Source of the DNA: an uncultured Pseudomonadales bacterium
Lineage (GTDB): Bacteria; Patescibacteriota; Microgenomatia; UBA1400; UBA12108
DNA length: 64,000 nt
Assembly: GCA_964502225.1 (NCBI GenBank)
Contig: CAZCUC010000003.1
Coordinates: 12,782-76,781 of the forward strand
Direction: 5' to 3'
Part shown: positions 10,237-19,580 of the stretch, piece by piece
Layout of the letters: the number at the start of each line of letters is the position of its first letter
Position numbering within the stretch: the first letter of the stretch is position 1
Notes under the pieces: model-generated
What the model was told of the DNA's origin: nothing
The model's database searches: none
Seen by the model: only the letters and a program-made list of their open reading frames with translations
Position numbers and translations under genes: made by a program

Positions 10237-10382
10237 CACCACTACCAAAACGCAAATGGTCCACACGCCGCCAAGGCAAGAGACGAGCTAGCATCAAACT
10301 GGCTCTCCCCAAGCTAGTAAAATGTAGTAACTGTGACCAAATGAAAAAGTCTCACACTGTCTGCACCAACTGCAACCAATAA
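10233..10382 (+). CDS. rpmF: 50S ribosomal protein L32
   Basis: 49 aa: MTPLPKRKWSTRRQGKRR...CSNCDQMKKSHTVCTNC (L32 N-terminus plus a zinc ribbon). Its ATG overlaps the recG stop (ATGA). Missed by the ORF track because it is under 60 aa. Confidence 0.8.
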   Translation: MTPLPKRKWSTRRQGKRRASIKLALPKLVKCSNCDQMKKSHTVCTNCNQ

Positions 10383-10706
10383 ATGAAAACCTCATCTGAT
10401 CCTAGACACAAAAAGCGCGAACTCAAAGTCGCCAAGTTATTTGGCCAAAGTTTTGTCCCAGGTTTTACCACTGACTTCGACGCAACTATCGCCCTCGCCG
10501 CACCCGAATGGCCACTCACTAGCATCAACAGGATCGATCTCGCCATTTTGCGCGTAGCCACCGAAGAAATCTTAAATACCGATACACCAGTCAAAGTCGT
10601 GATTGACGAAGCGGTCGAGATCGCCAAAAAATACGGCGCAGAAAACTCTGCTAGCTTTATCAATGGCGTTCTTGGTACTATATTAAAGAACAAACAAACC
10701 ATATGA
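10383..10706 (+). CDS. nusB: transcription antitermination factor NusB (short form)
   Basis: C-terminal block AILRVATEEILN...VKVVIDEAVEIAKKYGAENSASFINGVLG matches the NusB signature region. Starts immediately after the rpmF stop. Confidence 0.7.
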   Translation: MKTSSDPRHKKRELKVAKLFGQSFVPGFTTDFDATIALAAPEWPLTSINRIDLAILRVATEEILNTDTPVKVVIDEAVEIAKKYGAENSASFINGVLGTILKNKQTI

Positions 10707-11395
10707 ACAAACAGCTAGCCGACCTCCTCACTACTTTGGGTATCGTAGTCAAAGACGAACACTTGATCCAAAACGCCTTTGTTCACCGCTCCTACCTGAA
10801 CGAGTCCAAAGAATTCGAGATGTCCAACGAACGCCTCGAGTATCTGGGAGACGCAGTCCTCGAGCTGGCTACCTCGCATTTCCTCTACAATACTTACCCC
10901 GATTTCCAAGAGGGCATGCTGACCAATATGCGCGCCGCTTTAGTCCGCACTGAGTCCCTCGGTGATACCGCCGAAACACTCGGTTTTGCCAAACTACTTT
11001 TGATGAGTAAAGGCGAAGAAGCCACGGGTGGACGCAGTAACCGCTCTATCCTCGCCGATACCTTCGAAGCCTTCCTCGGTGCCATCTATCTGGATCTCGG
11101 CTACGAAACCTGCGTCACGCTCCTGAGCAAATATCTTTTCCAAAAAGCCGAAACCGTCCTCAAAACCGCCACCTACAAAGACAACAAATCCCTTCTGCAA
11201 GAAATTGCCCAGTCTCGCTACAAAGCTACTCCAGAGTACAGTCTAATTTCCGAGTCCGGTCCTGATCACGACAAGCAATTTGTCATGCAAGTTATCATCG
11301 CGGGCACCGATTATGGCTCAGGCAAAGGCAAGAGCAAACAGACCGCCCAAGAAGATGCCGCCAAAAACACTCTTGAGATGATCACTCATTCCTGA
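10703..11395 (+). CDS. rnc: ribonuclease III
   Basis: RNase III signature ERLEYLGDAVLEL plus a C-terminal dsRBD. Confidence 0.9.
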   Translation: MNKQLADLLTTLGIVVKDEHLIQNAFVHRSYLNESKEFEMSNERLEYLGDAVLELATSHFLYNTYPDFQEGMLTNMRAALVRTESLGDTAETLGFAKLLLMSKGEEATGGRSNRSILADTFEAFLGAIYLDLGYETCVTLLSKYLFQKAETVLKTATYKDNKSLLQEIAQSRYKATPEYSLISESGPDHDKQFVMQVIIAGTDYGSGKGKSKQTAQEDAAKNTLEMITHS

Positions 11396-11409
11396 TACAA
11401 TACGCAAAT

Positions 11410-11649
11410 ATGCTAAAAATTAAACTTGCTCGCATCGGTAAAAAAGGTCAACCACAGTACCGCATCGTCGTGGTTGAAGACAAAACCAACTCTGGCACCC
11501 GCCCAACTGCCGAGATCGGCTACTACAACCCACTTAGTGCAAATAAAGAGTTCCGGCTCGATTCCAAAAGCTACGAATCCTGGCTCACCAAAGGGGCTCG
11601 TCCCACCGACACTGTCCGCAGTCTCGTCAAACGCAACTCCACCAAATAA
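11410..11649 (+). CDS. rpsP: 30S ribosomal protein S16
   Basis: MLKIKLARIGKKGQPQYRIVV S16 N-terminus. Confidence 0.9.
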   Translation: MLKIKLARIGKKGQPQYRIVVVEDKTNSGTRPTAEIGYYNPLSANKEFRLDSKSYESWLTKGARPTDTVRSLVKRNSTK

Positions 11650-11703
11650 ACAATGACTAATCAATTATTCCTAAATACTTATTACTTTATCTAAGGAGTT
11701 TCC

Positions 11704-12042
11704 ATGCAAGATATACTATCGTTTATCCTCAAAAACATCACCACCACCCCAGATGACGTCAAAATCGATGTCCAAGAAGAAGAGGGAACCACCAACTACA
11801 TTGTCACCGTCAATCCAGCCGATGTTGGTCGTATTATTGGCAAAGAAGGCAAAGTTATCAAAGCTATCCGCACCATCATGCGCGTTATCGCCATCCAGCG
11901 CGGCGTCCACATCCGTATTTCTGTCGTCTCCGAAAACGATGCTCAGCCAGTTGGGGTAGACACCGTAGAACCAAGTGAAGCAGTTCCCGCACCAGTCGAG
12001 AGTGTAACTCAAGACGACGGTAGCATTACGGTAGAAGTATAG
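11704..12042 (+). CDS. KH-domain RNA-binding protein (YlqC/UPF0109-like)
   Basis: VGRIIGKEGKVIKAIR GxxG KH core; sits next to rpsP, the conserved position for this family. Confidence 0.7.
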   Translation: MQDILSFILKNITTTPDDVKIDVQEEEGTTNYIVTVNPADVGRIIGKEGKVIKAIRTIMRVIAIQRGVHIRISVVSENDAQPVGVDTVEPSEAVPAPVESVTQDDGSITVEV

Positions 12043-12766
12043 GACTACTCGCTTCAAACGGGGCAAACAGATCGTCCTTAGCCAAACTTGGTTGTTCAGC
12101 TAGGCTCCCACTAATAGAATCAAATTTGCGGAACTCCGAGAGCTGGGTAAAGTACTTTTCTTCTTCTTGTCCAAACAGGGTTACTTGACCTTTGACATCT
12201 ACTGTCGAGTTTGGGGCCCACAGCATCCCAAGTGTCAAAGTCAAGCTATATTGATCCCCGCCCAAAATTGCCACTTTAATATCCTTGATTTGCATGAGGG
12301 GCAGGACGTTCTCGATCGAGCGCAAAAATACATAAACATTCTCTTCCCCACCTCGCATCTTGATCTCGGTCTCTAGGCTTTGCAGGCCTACTTCTCGCTT
12401 GGCGACTTTCTTGGCCGACCCACTAGCTTCGTTTAGGTCACCAGGGGTTAGCGATAGTCCGCCAAAGGTCAGTCCTAGTTCTTTGGACAAACCCTCGATC
12501 GAGGCTAGATACAATAACACGTCCTTGCGCGGTGGCAGGGCACTATCTAGCACGCTCACTCTCTCTGCCAACACATTGGGATCCAATTTTGACAGCAGAG
12601 ATACTTTGTTGGTTATACTCTCTAGTTCCGTGGATTTTACTTCGATTTTGGCAAGCAGTTTAGTCGCATTTTGGTAAAGGGGGAACACGACCAAAGCCAG
12701 TAGGATCACGATCAAAAAAGTCAGGCCACCGGCCATCGCCATCAATTTGTGTCGCACTATCCACAT
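12026..12766 (-). CDS. pilO: type IV pilus assembly protein PilO-like
   Basis: N-terminal TM helix plus coiled-coil periplasmic domain; last gene of the pilM-pilN-pilO run. Confidence 0.5.
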   Translation of the reverse strand: MWIVRHKLMAMAGGLTFLIVILLALVVFPLYQNATKLLAKIEVKSTELESITNKVSLLSKLDPNVLAERVSVLDSALPPRKDVLLYLASIEGLSKELGLTFGGLSLTPGDLNEASGSAKKVAKREVGLQSLETEIKMRGGEENVYVFLRSIENVLPLMQIKDIKVAILGGDQYSLTLTLGMLWAPNSTVDVKGQVTLFGQEEEKYFTQLSEFRKFDSISGSLAEQPSLAKDDLFAPFEASSPILLP

Positions 12767-12768
12767 AC

Positions 12769-13317
12769 CTATTTCCCTCCCTTAGGCAGTGTCAAAGCCA
12801 AATTTATCTGGTAGGTGCCATCCTTGTTCTTTGTCAGCCCACGACTGATGGCCTGGGTAAAGTACTCGGTATCTCCCTGGTAATAGCTCAGCAGTTTACC
12901 CAGAGCCCCCACTGTGTCCGTCGTATACTGCACATTCAAGATATTATCTTCCTCAAACCCCACTCCAGTCACGTGCGTCCCAGCAATACTGGTGGCAAAA
13001 ATTTTCTGGAGTGACTCGCGGGTCAGCGAACGATCAGCCAAAAACCCGGTTACCAGCTTGAGTCGGCTTTTGAGATAAACTTGTTGGGCACTAGCCTGGG
13101 TCAAGCCCTGCATTTCTTTTGTCGCCGAGAGCAGTTTGGTCTCAATCCCCGATAGTTGTCGGCTCAGCACCAAGCTCCACATCGACATCGACACAATGGC
13201 AATAATTATCAAAATCAACCCAAAGATCGAATAGCGCAACAATTTTCGCTCCTGCTGGTAGTCTTTCTCGCTCAGCGTCTGCCGATTTTTGAGTAGATTA
13301 GTTTTAATATTGACCAT
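12769..13317 (-). CDS. pilN: type IV pilus assembly protein PilN-like
   Basis: Short cytoplasmic N-terminus, one TM helix, periplasmic domain; directly downstream of pilM. Confidence 0.55.
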   Translation of the reverse strand: MVNIKTNLLKNRQTLSEKDYQQERKLLRYSIFGLILIIIAIVSMSMWSLVLSRQLSGIETKLLSATKEMQGLTQASAQQVYLKSRLKLVTGFLADRSLTRESLQKIFATSIAGTHVTGVGFEEDNILNVQYTTDTVGALGKLLSYYQGDTEYFTQAISRGLTKNKDGTYQINLALTLPKGGK

Positions 13318-14343
13318 TTAAAAGACCCTCTGTGACAAACCAACCGCTACCGAGTACACTGCTTTTTCTCTGGGTATCACAATTCCTCTCCCAGGTTTGG
13401 CTGTGGCAAAGGGATCGGCTACAACCACCTCTATCCCCCCAAAACTCTCCGAGAGGTACGAGCCAAATTCTGGCAAATACGCCCCGCCACCAGATAGGAC
13501 TATGCGACCAACTCTCGTCTTACGCGAAGTCAAATGGTACTCCATGGCTTTGCGGATCTCTCCGACAATGTTGTTCAAAATAATCAACAGCCCCGTTCTT
13601 ACTTTGCCCTCGACTTGCGCCTGGTCTAATCCATATGTTCGCTTGTATTCTTCTGCCTGGGGGAGGGGGAGTGAGAGTGACTGGGCGAGCGCTCTAGTCA
13701 AAGCCACACCACCTGACTCCGCCACATACGAAAAAGACAGCGAAGCGCCATCTACTATGGCCAGGACGCTGGACATCGACCCCATATGCACTATCAAGCT
13801 GGTCGTCGCGGGGATCCCAAATGTCAGTGACCTGGCAGTAGCCACCATCTCGCTCTCGATGGCAATTGGCTCTAGACCAGTCGAGGTCAAAAAATCAACC
13901 ATCGCCTGGAGATATTTTTTTGGGGCGGCTACTAGGTAAACCAACATTTTCTTCTCGCTCGATCCAGCCACTTGCGACTCCAGGATCGAAAAGTCCAGCT
14001 CTACTTCAGCGACCGGGATTGGCACAAACTGCTCTGCCTCCCACTTGATTGCAGAGGTTAGCTCGGCCTCAGACATCTGGGGCATAGTCAAAATCCGGCT
14101 ATAGACTTTACTCTCTGGGACCGCCACCACCACTCGCTTGTCCCTGATTTTGAGACTGCTCACCAGTTGTTTGACGACGGGACCGAGTTTGGCGCCTACT
14201 TCAGGGTTGGTAAAGTCTATTGATCCAGCTGGGTTTACCGCGAGACCCACCGCCTCCACACTAAAACCTCTCGATCCCATCAAGCTTGATTGGGTTATTT
14301 TGATACTCGATGATCCAATATCTAGTCCAAAGTATGCAGTCAT
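13318..14343 (-). CDS. pilM: type IV pilus assembly protein PilM (actin-like ATPase fold)
   Basis: MTAYFGLDIGSSSIKI N-terminus typical of the PilM/FtsA-like fold; 341 aa. Confidence 0.75.
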   Translation of the reverse strand: MTAYFGLDIGSSSIKITQSSLMGSRGFSVEAVGLAVNPAGSIDFTNPEVGAKLGPVVKQLVSSLKIRDKRVVVAVPESKVYSRILTMPQMSEAELTSAIKWEAEQFVPIPVAEVELDFSILESQVAGSSEKKMLVYLVAAPKKYLQAMVDFLTSTGLEPIAIESEMVATARSLTFGIPATTSLIVHMGSMSSVLAIVDGASLSFSYVAESGGVALTRALAQSLSLPLPQAEEYKRTYGLDQAQVEGKVRTGLLIILNNIVGEIRKAMEYHLTSRKTRVGRIVLSGGGAYLPEFGSYLSESFGGIEVVVADPFATAKPGRGIVIPREKAVYSVAVGLSQRVF

Positions 14344-14369
14344 GGGCAGGCATTCTCCTTTAATTTATT

Positions 14370-15182
14370 TTATAAAACTTCTTTCACTATAGTTCCACCC
14401 GCAAACACAGCGTAATCAAAAATCGATGGGGGAGCATCTAGTCCTCGCTTGACCTCTATTTCCTTTCGAGCATCCCCACCACTCGCTTTTGACTGAATTA
14501 AATATAACTGATTTTGCAGTCCAGATCCAGATACAGATATCGTCGCCCCCGCATAAATGGGCTTGATTCGTAGCGCTGTCGTTCCTGCAGGCACAGCGTA
14601 TCCAGCTCCAGATACTCTGCTTAGATATGTACTGCCCCCGTCTACGCTCGCCGTAAACGAGTTACTAGTCGAGAGCGTACTACAGCCAGAGGAGTTGTAA
14701 TACCGCCTCACGACCGCATTGCTACCTTCTTGCATGGCAGTGACCTCAATCGCCGCCGGCGTCGTCTGGGACCCCTCAGTACACCCTGTGATATTCTCGG
14801 TTGGATCTATTTTCCTTGTCCAGGCGATAGTCAGGGGATTGGCGACGTTATAGCCACTCAAATCTAGGTGAGCGGTCTCTCCTTCTCTCACATACAAACC
14901 ATAACTCGTGGTCGTACTTACCGCAAAATCCCCCTGGAGCTGGCCAGAACTATCCGTAAAACTAGTTGTCCCGCTTGGCACTGTGCCTTGGCGCAAAGCG
15001 TTTAGAGCTTGTTCGACGCCAGTTTCTGCTACCGCAAAGGCGGCGCTACTTTCTTTCTCTTGTCTCGACAAAACGGTATCCGACAGACTCCTCGATGCCA
15101 CAGACATCACAATTGCTACAACTACCCCAATTATGATCAGCAAAATTAACCCAATTTGCCCATTCTTTACATTATTTTGCAT
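14370..15182 (-). CDS. PilX-N-like pilus-associated protein (membrane anchored, no prepilin cleavage motif)
   Basis: N-terminus KNGQIGLILLIIIGVVVAIV resembles PilX_N-type anchors; Ser/Thr/Gly-rich extracellular part with Cys pairs; first gene of the minus-strand pilMNO operon. Confidence 0.4.
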   Translation of the reverse strand: MQNNVKNGQIGLILLIIIGVVVAIVMSVASRSLSDTVLSRQEKESSAAFAVAETGVEQALNALRQGTVPSGTTSFTDSSGQLQGDFAVSTTTSYGLYVREGETAHLDLSGYNVANPLTIAWTRKIDPTENITGCTEGSQTTPAAIEVTAMQEGSNAVVRRYYNSSGCSTLSTSNSFTASVDGGSTYLSRVSGAGYAVPAGTTALRIKPIYAGATISVSGSGLQNQLYLIQSKASGGDARKEIEVKRGLDAPPSIFDYAVFAGGTIVKEVL

Positions 15183-15200
15183 GCCTCTATCAAAGCAAAC

Positions 15201-15229
15201 TTGACGTCATTCGTCAAACTCGCCATACT
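15201..15229 (+). promoter_or_regulatory. sigma70-like promoter (TTGACG-N17-CATACT) with the palindrome TTGACG-TCATT-CGTCAA overlapping the -35
   Basis: Seen directly at 15201-15229 in the 54-bp divergent region between the PilX-like gene (minus) and the pilin array (plus). The ATG at 15237 lies only 8 nt after the -10. Confidence 0.35.
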
Positions 15230-15236
15230 GGCTCTA

Positions 15237-15740
15237 ATGTTTGTAAATTGTAAATTGAAAATTATCAATTACCACAAGCTTCAGGGGTTCACTCTGATCG
15301 AACTTTTGATCGTCATGGCGATCCTTGGTATCCTCTCTGCCCTAGGTATCGGCAACTTTAGTTCTGCCCAAATCAAGGCACGCGACGTCGCCCGCAAAAG
15401 TGATCTTGCCACGATCGCCAAAAGTCTCGAGGCCTACGCCAACGATCATCGCAACTATCCGTCCTCCGATACCAGCAACCTCATTATTTGTCAGCCCAGT
15501 TCCGGCGACACCTGCATCTGGGGGAGCGCTTTCACCGATGGCACCACTCTCTACATGGCCAAACTACCAGAGGACCCAAATGGCGAGTACCAATACATCT
15601 CAACTGGCGATACCTATACTCTTTACGCTCACTTAGAAAATGCCAACGACCCCAAGATTGTCACGATTACTCCGTCTATCGATTGTGGCAGTGTCTCCCA
15701 GCCCTGTAATTACAAATTATCATCGAGCAACGTCCAATGA
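15237..15740 (+). CDS. type IV prepilin (pilin 1 of 6 in tandem)
   Basis: Leader ...KLQG | FTLIELLIV (G-1, E+5) class III signal peptide; ATG at 15237 preferred over the track start at 15156. Confidence 0.8.
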   Translation: MFVNCKLKIINYHKLQGFTLIELLIVMAILGILSALGIGNFSSAQIKARDVARKSDLATIAKSLEAYANDHRNYPSSDTSNLIICQPSSGDTCIWGSAFTDGTTLYMAKLPEDPNGEYQYISTGDTYTLYAHLENANDPKIVTITPSIDCGSVSQPCNYKLSSSNVQ

Positions 15741-16237
15741 TTCTAAAATCAAAAAAACTAAATCTTCGATCACCCTTTAAACTGGGCTTTACTCTTATCG
15801 AGCTCCTCATCGTGATTGCGATTATGGGTATTCTCGTCGCGCTCCTTCTGCCCAACTTGGCTAGCGCCCGCGAACGCGCCCGTGACTCTCGGCGCAAAAC
15901 TGACTTGAGCAATATCCAAACCGCCCTCCGTCTTTACTACAGCGACAACCAATCTTTCCCCGACACGACTACTTTAAACGCACTCTGGGGTAGCGCTTTA
16001 TCTAGCAACAACAACACCTACATGGCGGTCCTCCCTCGAGATCCCTCCTCCGCGCCGGGAGCTATTATCAGCTATGGTTACAATTCCAATGGCAATACTT
16101 ACATCCTTGTCTCTACCCTCGAAAATCTCTCTGACGCCGAGATTGCGGCTTCTCAACTGCGTTGTCCCAGTACTTATTCTGGCTACCAAGGTACCAACAA
16201 AGACGCCGGCTCCAACTACGTCGTCTGTGAGGAATAA
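15737..16237 (+). CDS. type IV prepilin (pilin 2)
   Basis: ...FKLG | [23 protein letters not shown]; a 17-aa leader; [14 protein letters not shown] segment shared with pilin 3. Confidence 0.8.
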   Translation: MILKSKKLNLRSPFKLGFTLIELLIVIAIMGILVALLLPNLASARERARDSRRKTDLSNIQTALRLYYSDNQSFPDTTTLNALWGSALSSNNNTYMAVLPRDPSSAPGAIISYGYNSNGNTYILVSTLENLSDAEIAASQLRCPSTYSGYQGTNKDAGSNYVVCEE

Positions 16238-16240
16238 TTT

Positions 16241-16642
16241 ATGACACATCAAACCAAGGGTGGCTTTACTCTTATCGAGCTCCTCATTGTGATCGCGATC
16301 ATTGCGATCCTCCTGGCTGTTGGCACCACTAGCTATCTCACTGCCTCCAAGCAAAGTCGCGATTCCAGGCGCAAAACCGATCTCGAGCAAATCCGTCAGG
16401 CACTAGAGATGTATCGCTCTGAGAATGGCACCTATCCCGCCCAGGGAGCCGGCAACACCCCCTCTGGTCTGACCCCAACCTACATCACAACCCTGCCAGC
16501 AGACCCCAAAGAGGGCACCTACTACTATGCCGTAGGCTCACCCGCCACCACCTACTCACTTTGTGCTACCCTCGAAATCGTCCCCGTTAGCCCAGTCAGC
16601 GGCTGTGGGACCGACAACAACTACAAAGTTCAGAATCCATGA
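16241..16642 (+). CDS. type IV prepilin (pilin 3)
   Basis: MTHQTKGG | [16 protein letters not shown]; [16 protein letters not shown], paralogous to pilin 2. Confidence 0.8.
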   Translation: MTHQTKGGFTLIELLIVIAIIAILLAVGTTSYLTASKQSRDSRRKTDLEQIRQALEMYRSENGTYPAQGAGNTPSGLTPTYITTLPADPKEGTYYYAVGSPATTYSLCATLEIVPVSPVSGCGTDNNYKVQNP

Positions 16643-17112
16643 AACAACGACCTGGTTATACTTTAATCGAACTAATCGTCGTCATCTCGATCGTCGCGAT
16701 TCTCGTTAGTTTTGGTTTTTCGGCGTATACCAAATCGCAAAAACGCCAAATCGGCCAGACGGCAGGGGAGCAGATCATTAGTTTCCTCCAAGAGCAACAA
16801 AAAATCGCCAACATCGGCAAAAAAGCTTGCAGTGGCAAGTTTATTGGTCAGCAAGTTGTCTTTACTACCCCCAATACTTTATCGCCCACTAGTCTCTGCG
16901 ATGGCGACTCCGTCTCTGGCGAGTCTCTCAGCATCCCAGGCGTCACTTCCCTCAGTGCCCCTACCATGACTGTTATTTTTAATCCGCTCTCGCGGGGGAT
17001 CGACTTGGGGGGATCCAGTGAGCTTATTTTGACGTACCAAACTTCCTCCTCACTCACCTACACTATCAAACTGACCAGTTCAGGCACCATCGAGTACGAG
17101 GGGGCACAATGA
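16639..17112 (+). CDS. type IV prepilin-like minor pilin (4)
   Basis: MKQRPG | [16 protein letters not shown]. Confidence 0.7.
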   Translation: MKQRPGYTLIELIVVISIVAILVSFGFSAYTKSQKRQIGQTAGEQIISFLQEQQKIANIGKKACSGKFIGQQVVFTTPNTLSPTSLCDGDSVSGESLSIPGVTSLSAPTMTVIFNPLSRGIDLGGSSELILTYQTSSSLTYTIKLTSSGTIEYEGAQ

Positions 17113-17576
17113 TCATCAAGCAGGGTACCTCTATCATCGAGATCGTTATCGCCGCCGCCCTCATCAGCGTCACAGTCATTGCCGCCCTTGGTCTCACCAA
17201 TCGTTCGCAAAAACAAAATACCTACTCTCGCGACCTAGCCGAAGCCACCAAGTACACAACTCAAGCCGCCGATTGGTTGCGTACCCAGCGTGATATCGTC
17301 GGCTGGGCAACCATGGCAGACAAAATGACTACCGACGGCAACGACAGTGTCTACTGCCTCAACAACTTTCCCGCGACCGACTCCGATTTTACCTCGCTTA
17401 GCGCGGGGGCCTGTACATCTGGAGACTATATCCCCGGGACCCTCTTTACTCGCTATGCCATCATCGATACCACGAGCATCAATACTGGCGTAATCAAAGT
17501 TTCCCTCACTGTCACCTGGATGGAAAACGAAGCCCGCGAATCAACCATCGAACTGGAGCTTACCCAATGGCACTAA
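17109..17576 (+). CDS. type IV prepilin-like minor pilin (5)
   Basis: MIIKQG | [15 protein letters not shown] (G-1, E+5 retained, degenerate). Confidence 0.6.
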   Translation: MIIKQGTSIIEIVIAAALISVTVIAALGLTNRSQKQNTYSRDLAEATKYTTQAADWLRTQRDIVGWATMADKMTTDGNDSVYCLNNFPATDSDFTSLSAGACTSGDYIPGTLFTRYAIIDTTSINTGVIKVSLTVTWMENEARESTIELELTQWH

Positions 17577-18061
17577 ATAAACCTGGCTTCTCTCTCATCG
17601 AGCTAATTGTGGTGATTGGCCTCCTCAGTCTCCTCATGCTCGCGATCTCCTCCACTATGCTCATGACTATTGTCAGTAGCAACCGCATCCGTACCTCCGC
17701 CAAAGTCAAACAAGCCGGCAACTACGCAATCGGTCAAATGCAAAGTCTTTTGCGCAGTGCCAAAACAGTCACCAGCTGTACCTCCCCAGAATCAATCGTC
17801 TTTATCAATTATGACGGGGGCCAAACCGAACTCCTCGCACAAGCCGATGCCAACAATCTCACCCGCATTGCCTCCAATTCTGGCACCTACTTAACTCCGG
17901 ACAACTTATCCACCACCAACTTTAGCCTCACATGCGAGCCAAGCGACGCCGATCCTTCACTAGTCAAAATCTCCTTTGATCTCGAAGATACCGTCGCCAC
18001 GCGCGAACTCGAAAATCCCTTACTCCACTTTGAAACTTCAGTTAGCCTAAGAAACCAATAA
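17567..18061 (+). CDS. type IV prepilin-like minor pilin (6)
   Basis: MALNKPG | [16 protein letters not shown]. Confidence 0.7.
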   Translation: MALNKPGFSLIELIVVIGLLSLLMLAISSTMLMTIVSSNRIRTSAKVKQAGNYAIGQMQSLLRSAKTVTSCTSPESIVFINYDGGQTELLAQADANNLTRIASNSGTYLTPDNLSTTNFSLTCEPSDADPSLVKISFDLEDTVATRELENPLLHFETSVSLRNQ

Positions 18062-18836
18062 TTTGATCACCAAACAACAGCGCAATCACAATCCCCGACG
18101 TCATAAACGGGACAAACGGGACATTGTCTTTCCTGGTCTTTACTCCACTCACTATGAGCAAGATCCCAATCACCGCGCCTAGCACAAAACTAGCTAGTAA
18201 GGCGACGAGCCCTTTTGGCCACCCAAGCAAGATACCCATATACATCGCGACGTACATATCACCCTCTGCCATCCCTCGTCCTTTAGTCATCTTATACAAA
18301 GCCCAAAATCCAGCATAAAAAATCGCCCCTACCACTATACTCACCGCCAAATCTCTGGGGTTATAAGCCTGGTAATACCACAAAACCAACCGGTACAAAG
18401 CAACCAGCAAACTCCCAATCCAGACAATATTTAGCAGTACTACTCCATAAAATAAATCTGCCACAGTCAAAATCGCGAGGATTATGCCGCTCATCAACCA
18501 AAAACCTGGCTGGATAATTGTCAAAGGCGCACTAACCAATCTAAAAAACCAAAACCCGACTGCGAGCCACCACACAAACAACAGCCCCACCATCATCTCG
18601 ACAATTGGGTAACGGTAGGAGAGGGGAGAGTGACAACAGCGGCTCTTCCCCCGGTATACCATAAAACTCACAATCGGGATCAGGTCATACCAAGCAAGCG
18701 TTTTCCGACAGTAATCACAGTGCGATCTCCCCGATACCCAGTTCTCATCCTTCATGGTTCGATCAATCAAAACGTTTACAAAACTTCCGATCGCACTACC
18801 CAAAAAAAATGTGAGAATGAAATACATCATTCTCAC
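18042..18836 (-). CDS. pilD: prepilin peptidase (A24 family)
   Basis: Polytopic membrane protein with the cytoplasmic zinc motif C-x-x-C...C-x-x-C (CCHSP...CDYCRK) and conserved Asp-containing loops. Confidence 0.8.
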   Translation of the reverse strand: MRMMYFILTFFLGSAIGSFVNVLIDRTMKDENWVSGRSHCDYCRKTLAWYDLIPIVSFMVYRGKSRCCHSPLSYRYPIVEMMVGLLFVWWLAVGFWFFRLVSAPLTIIQPGFWLMSGIILAILTVADLFYGVVLLNIVWIGSLLVALYRLVLWYYQAYNPRDLAVSIVVGAIFYAGFWALYKMTKGRGMAEGDMYVAMYMGILLGWPKGLVALLASFVLGAVIGILLIVSGVKTRKDNVPFVPFMTSGIVIALLFGDQIIGFLG

Positions 18837-18879
18837 ATTCTATCCTAGTATCTCAAATCTAGCACCTAAAATCTTAGAA

Positions 18880-19524
18880 TTATGGCAGACAGATATAGCA
18901 TCCAGTTGCCAAATCTGAGGATTGAGCCGTTGCACAAGTAGTATCATTGGGACATGCAACGGCGGGGAAATCACTTGGCAAAGATGCATTGCGATCAGTA
19001 TGACCAGCATTACCACATCTAGTCCAAGCTTCTTCTCTAAACGAGGCTGACTTGGGCACAAAACAGACATACGTACTCTCTCCTGACACGCCGGAGTTGT
19101 ATATCGAGAGGAAGTTAGAGGCGTTGGGATCGACAATGCGTGACGCAAACGAAGCCTTTATCTCGGCGGTACCACCACTAGATAGCACATCCAAGATATC
19201 TACTGCATCCACACCCACTGTGGTCCCGGGCACATTTAGCTCCAACAAATTATCTGATGACACTCCGCCAACCGGATCAGTCCAAGTGTTGTTACTCGCA
19301 CCATTAGTCATCCATGGATAAAACCCTTTGGCCGCATAAAACCGATCAACAGCCGAGATTAATTGCTCTGCATCAGAACGAGACCCAGTATCACGACCAC
19401 GGTTGATTTGCTCGATTGGATTAATCGACGCGAGCACCGCGACAGCCAGGATGCCTAGCACCGCAATCACGATCAGCAACTCGATCATGGTAAAACCAAA
19501 TTTTTTAATGCTACTCAACAACAT
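18880..19524 (-). CDS. type IV prepilin (seventh pilin; candidate major pilin), Cys-rich C-terminus
   Basis: MLLSSIKKFG | [14 protein letters not shown]; strong RBS AAAGGAG 7 nt upstream; C-terminal CATAQSSDLATGCYIC. Confidence 0.75.
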   Translation of the reverse strand: MLLSSIKKFGFTMIELLIVIAVLGILAVAVLASINPIEQINRGRDTGSRSDAEQLISAVDRFYAAKGFYPWMTNGASNNTWTDPVGGVSSDNLLELNVPGTTVGVDAVDILDVLSSGGTAEIKASFASRIVDPNASNFLSIYNSGVSGESTYVCFVPKSASFREEAWTRCGNAGHTDRNASLPSDFPAVACPNDTTCATAQSSDLATGCYICLP

Positions 19525-19580
19525 ATATACTCCTTTTGAGCTCGAACTCGAACTCGATTATCTCTCTCTATAACATCATA

